A DNA stretch of 64,000 nucleotides from Alphaproteobacteria bacterium. Lineage in GTDB: Bacteria; Pseudomonadota; Alphaproteobacteria; MPNO01. The notes below the pieces were generated by a model, which ran no database searches, was not told the origin of the DNA, and saw nothing but the letters and a program-made list of their open reading frames with translations. The stretch spans positions 896,001 to 960,000 of the forward strand of contig CBDFLJ010000002.1 in assembly GCA_965248835.1 (NCBI GenBank). Direction: 5' to 3'. Below are positions 61,745-64,000 of this stretch, in pieces. Numbering within the stretch: position 1 is the first letter of the stretch; each line of letters starts with the position of its first letter. The position numbers and the translations under genes are program-made.

Positions 61745-62910
61745 CCTTGGTCCTCCCTGTCGACCTCCGCAGGCCTGTCGCCCATCGGAGCAATCGAACC
61801 ATACGCGAGGCCAGGCGAATTTGACAGGATAAGCTGCGCGCTGACCGGCCAGGCGAATACGGGCGGCGTCATGGGAGCGCTGCCCCCGCGGCCCGTTTTC
61901 CGATCTCTCCAAACGGGTTCACCGCGTGGGGAGTCCCCCCTCGCCGCAATGCCGGCCGCTCACGCCCTGCGACGCTGCGCTGTTACCTGCCGCTCCCTAC
62001 AGTGACGTTCGGGCGCCGCGCAACGGGCCGGTAACCGTTCCGCACATGCGCGGCGCGCGCTGCCGCTCTGTCTACTTATCGGTGGTACTAATCGAGGGGA
62101 GTGGACAGAAGGACGATGCGGACGCCGTTCGGCGGTAAGGGCTCACACCCGCCGCACCTCGGTGCAATCAGTGTCACGTCATCGACAGGTCTGCGTGCCG
62201 CTCCCCGCCCACCAGCATAAGGGTTTACCGGGTCGACCCGAGAGTACCCCTGCTCTCGCCCCGGTCCGGCTCCGAACCCGAGGATGCATTCGATGAGGTC
62301 GCTTCCCCGCTTCCCGTTGCGCCCGGAACGGACCTCGGCGCCGAATCCCGAGACTTCCGAGATCAGGCCATAGCGGACGGCACGTGGGATATCCAGGAGC
62401 GGATCTGGCTCCGTGGGCGTCCGGGTGCTACCGTAAAGGGCGAGCCCTTTCGGCGCTCGGGTGTGATTCTAGAATCGTCGGTCTGCGAATGGCCGAAACG
62501 ACCAGGGAGATACAGAGTGAGACGATCAATTTTCGCTGTCGCAGTGCTTGCGGCCGGTGCCACGGTTTCCTCGGGAGCGCTGGCACAGAAAACCTTCACG
62601 ATGAAGATCGGGATGCCGACGATCAACGACTCGAACCACTTCTCAGCCCTTTGGGTGAAGAAGGAGATCGAGGCCAAATCGAACGGGCGGATCCAGGTAA
62701 GGGTCTTCCCGGCCGGCCAGCTCGGCAAGATACCGCGTCAGATCGAAGGCATTCAGCTCGGCACACAGGAAGCAATCAACATCCCTCCCGGCTTTTTTGT
62801 CGGCATCGAACGCGCCTTTATGGTGACCGACGCACCCGGCCTCTTCGATGACATCAGCCACGCGCACAGGGCGGTGAACTATCCGCCGTTCCGCGAGAAG
62901 TTCGGAAAGC

Positions 62911-63982
62911 TAGAGCGTCCTTGGATTGAGTGGAATCAATTGGTGGATACCCATTCATGATGATGTGTGATTCCCTCTCACGACATCGATATGTTGTGGG
63001 AGGCGGACATGGCATGGCGACGCGGGCAGGCTTATTCGCAGGATCTGCGCGATCGTGTTCTCTCAGCGGTGGATGGTGGGCTGGGCGTCTATCGGGCGGC
63101 CGAGCTGTTCGATGTGAGCGTGTCCTACATCTACAAGGCGCTGGATCGTCGGCGCCGAACGGGCGAGAGCGGCGCGAACCCGAACCGGGGCCACCGCCGG
63201 CGCAAACTGTCGGCGGCGCAGGCGGTGGCACTGGCGGCGCATATCGCCGCACACCCGGACATCACCCTGGCGCGGTTGCAGGACTGGCTGGCGGCCGAGC
63301 ACGCGGTGCGGCTGAGTGACGGCGCGATCTGGCAGGCGGTCGACCGGCTCGGCCTGTCGTTCAAAAAAAACCCTGCGCGCCGCCGAGCACGATCGGCCCG
63401 ACATGGCCGCCCGGCGCCGGGCCTGGCGGGCGGCGCAGGGCTGGATCGACCCACGACGCCTGGTGTTCATTGATGAAAGCGGGGTGAACACCAAGATGAC
63501 CCGGCGCTACGGCCGCGCGCCGGTCGGCCGTCGTCTGCACGCCGCGGCCCCCTTCGGTCACTGGAAGACCATGACCTTCGTCGCCGCGCTGCGACAGCGC
63601 GGGCTGAGCGCGCCCTGGGTGCTTGACGGCGCCATGGACGGCGACGCCTTCAGAACCTACACCGCCGAGATCCTCGCCCCGACGCTCACGCCAGGCGACA
63701 TCGTGGTCATGGACAACCTGCCGGCCCACAAGGTCGCCGGCATCGCCGAGACCATCGCCGGACAACAGGCCCAGCTCTTCTATCTGCCGCCGTACTCGCC
63801 CGACATGAACCCGATCGAACTCGCCTTCTCAAAGCTCAAGACCGCACTCAGGGCCGAGCCGGCACGCACCATCGACACGCTCTGGCGGCGCATCGGCACC
63901 ATCCTTGATACCTTCACCCAAAGCGAATGCGCCAACTACTTCAATGCAACTGGTTATCAACTCTCAATATGAGAATGCACTA
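62911..63982 (+). mobile_element. IS630-family insertion sequence including both TA copies
   Basis: Imperfect terminal IRs TAGAGCGTCCTTGGATTGAGTG versus reverse complement TAGTGCATTCTCATATTGAGAG; TA duplication. Confidence 0.92.
63009..63972 (+). CDS. IS630 transposase, two ORFs joined at A8 run 63363-63370
   Basis: AYSQDLRDRV HTH; LSFKK/KTL junction; FIDESG, VMDNL..HK, LPPYSPDMNPIE DDE motifs. Confidence 0.9.
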
Positions 63983-64000
63983 GGCGAAAAGAAGGGCTTC

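Larger units (their letters stand above)
62517..64000 (+). pseudogene. TRAP DctP gene interrupted by IS630
   Basis: FTMKIG..FPAGQLGKIPRQIEG..FREKFGKL, then the IS, then GEKKGF; paralog of 57557..58588. Confidence 0.85.

Overview
High-GC alphaproteobacterial-type chromosomal window. A housekeeping core (Rrf2-sufBCDS-sufU-sufT-sufA, PaaY-like, DEAD-box helicase, parE, glnB-glnA; about 13.6-26.6 kb) is flanked by large accessory catabolic regions for aromatic or N-heterocyclic compounds. These regions hold four Rieske oxygenase alpha subunits, a Baeyer-Villiger monooxygenase, LLM monooxygenases, an enamidase-like amidohydrolase, an XDH-family Mo hydroxylase, a gentisate-type cupin dioxygenase, a meta-cleavage hydrolase, and TRAP/ABC transporters. 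The most striking feature is missed by the ORF track: ORFs 35859..36164 and 36198..37508 are in the same frame, separated only by a TGA in a U-S-T-C (UxxC) motif. That TGA is followed by a perfect SECIS-like hairpin with a GGUC loop. This predicts one 544-aa selenoprotein (UGSC-like domain fused to a large uncharacterised domain), overlapping an atypical thioredoxin-reductase-like gene by ATGA and nested between two Rieske oxygenase genes. Also present: a higBA toxin-antitoxin pair beside a three-fragment gene scar (integrase, HsdR, DctM), a frameshift inside a tandem repeat of the helicase tail, a TAXI/TRAP deletion, an internally deleted IS5 remnant, and an IS630 inserted at a TA in a dctP gene. 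All product calls come from motif recognition; no database searches were run.
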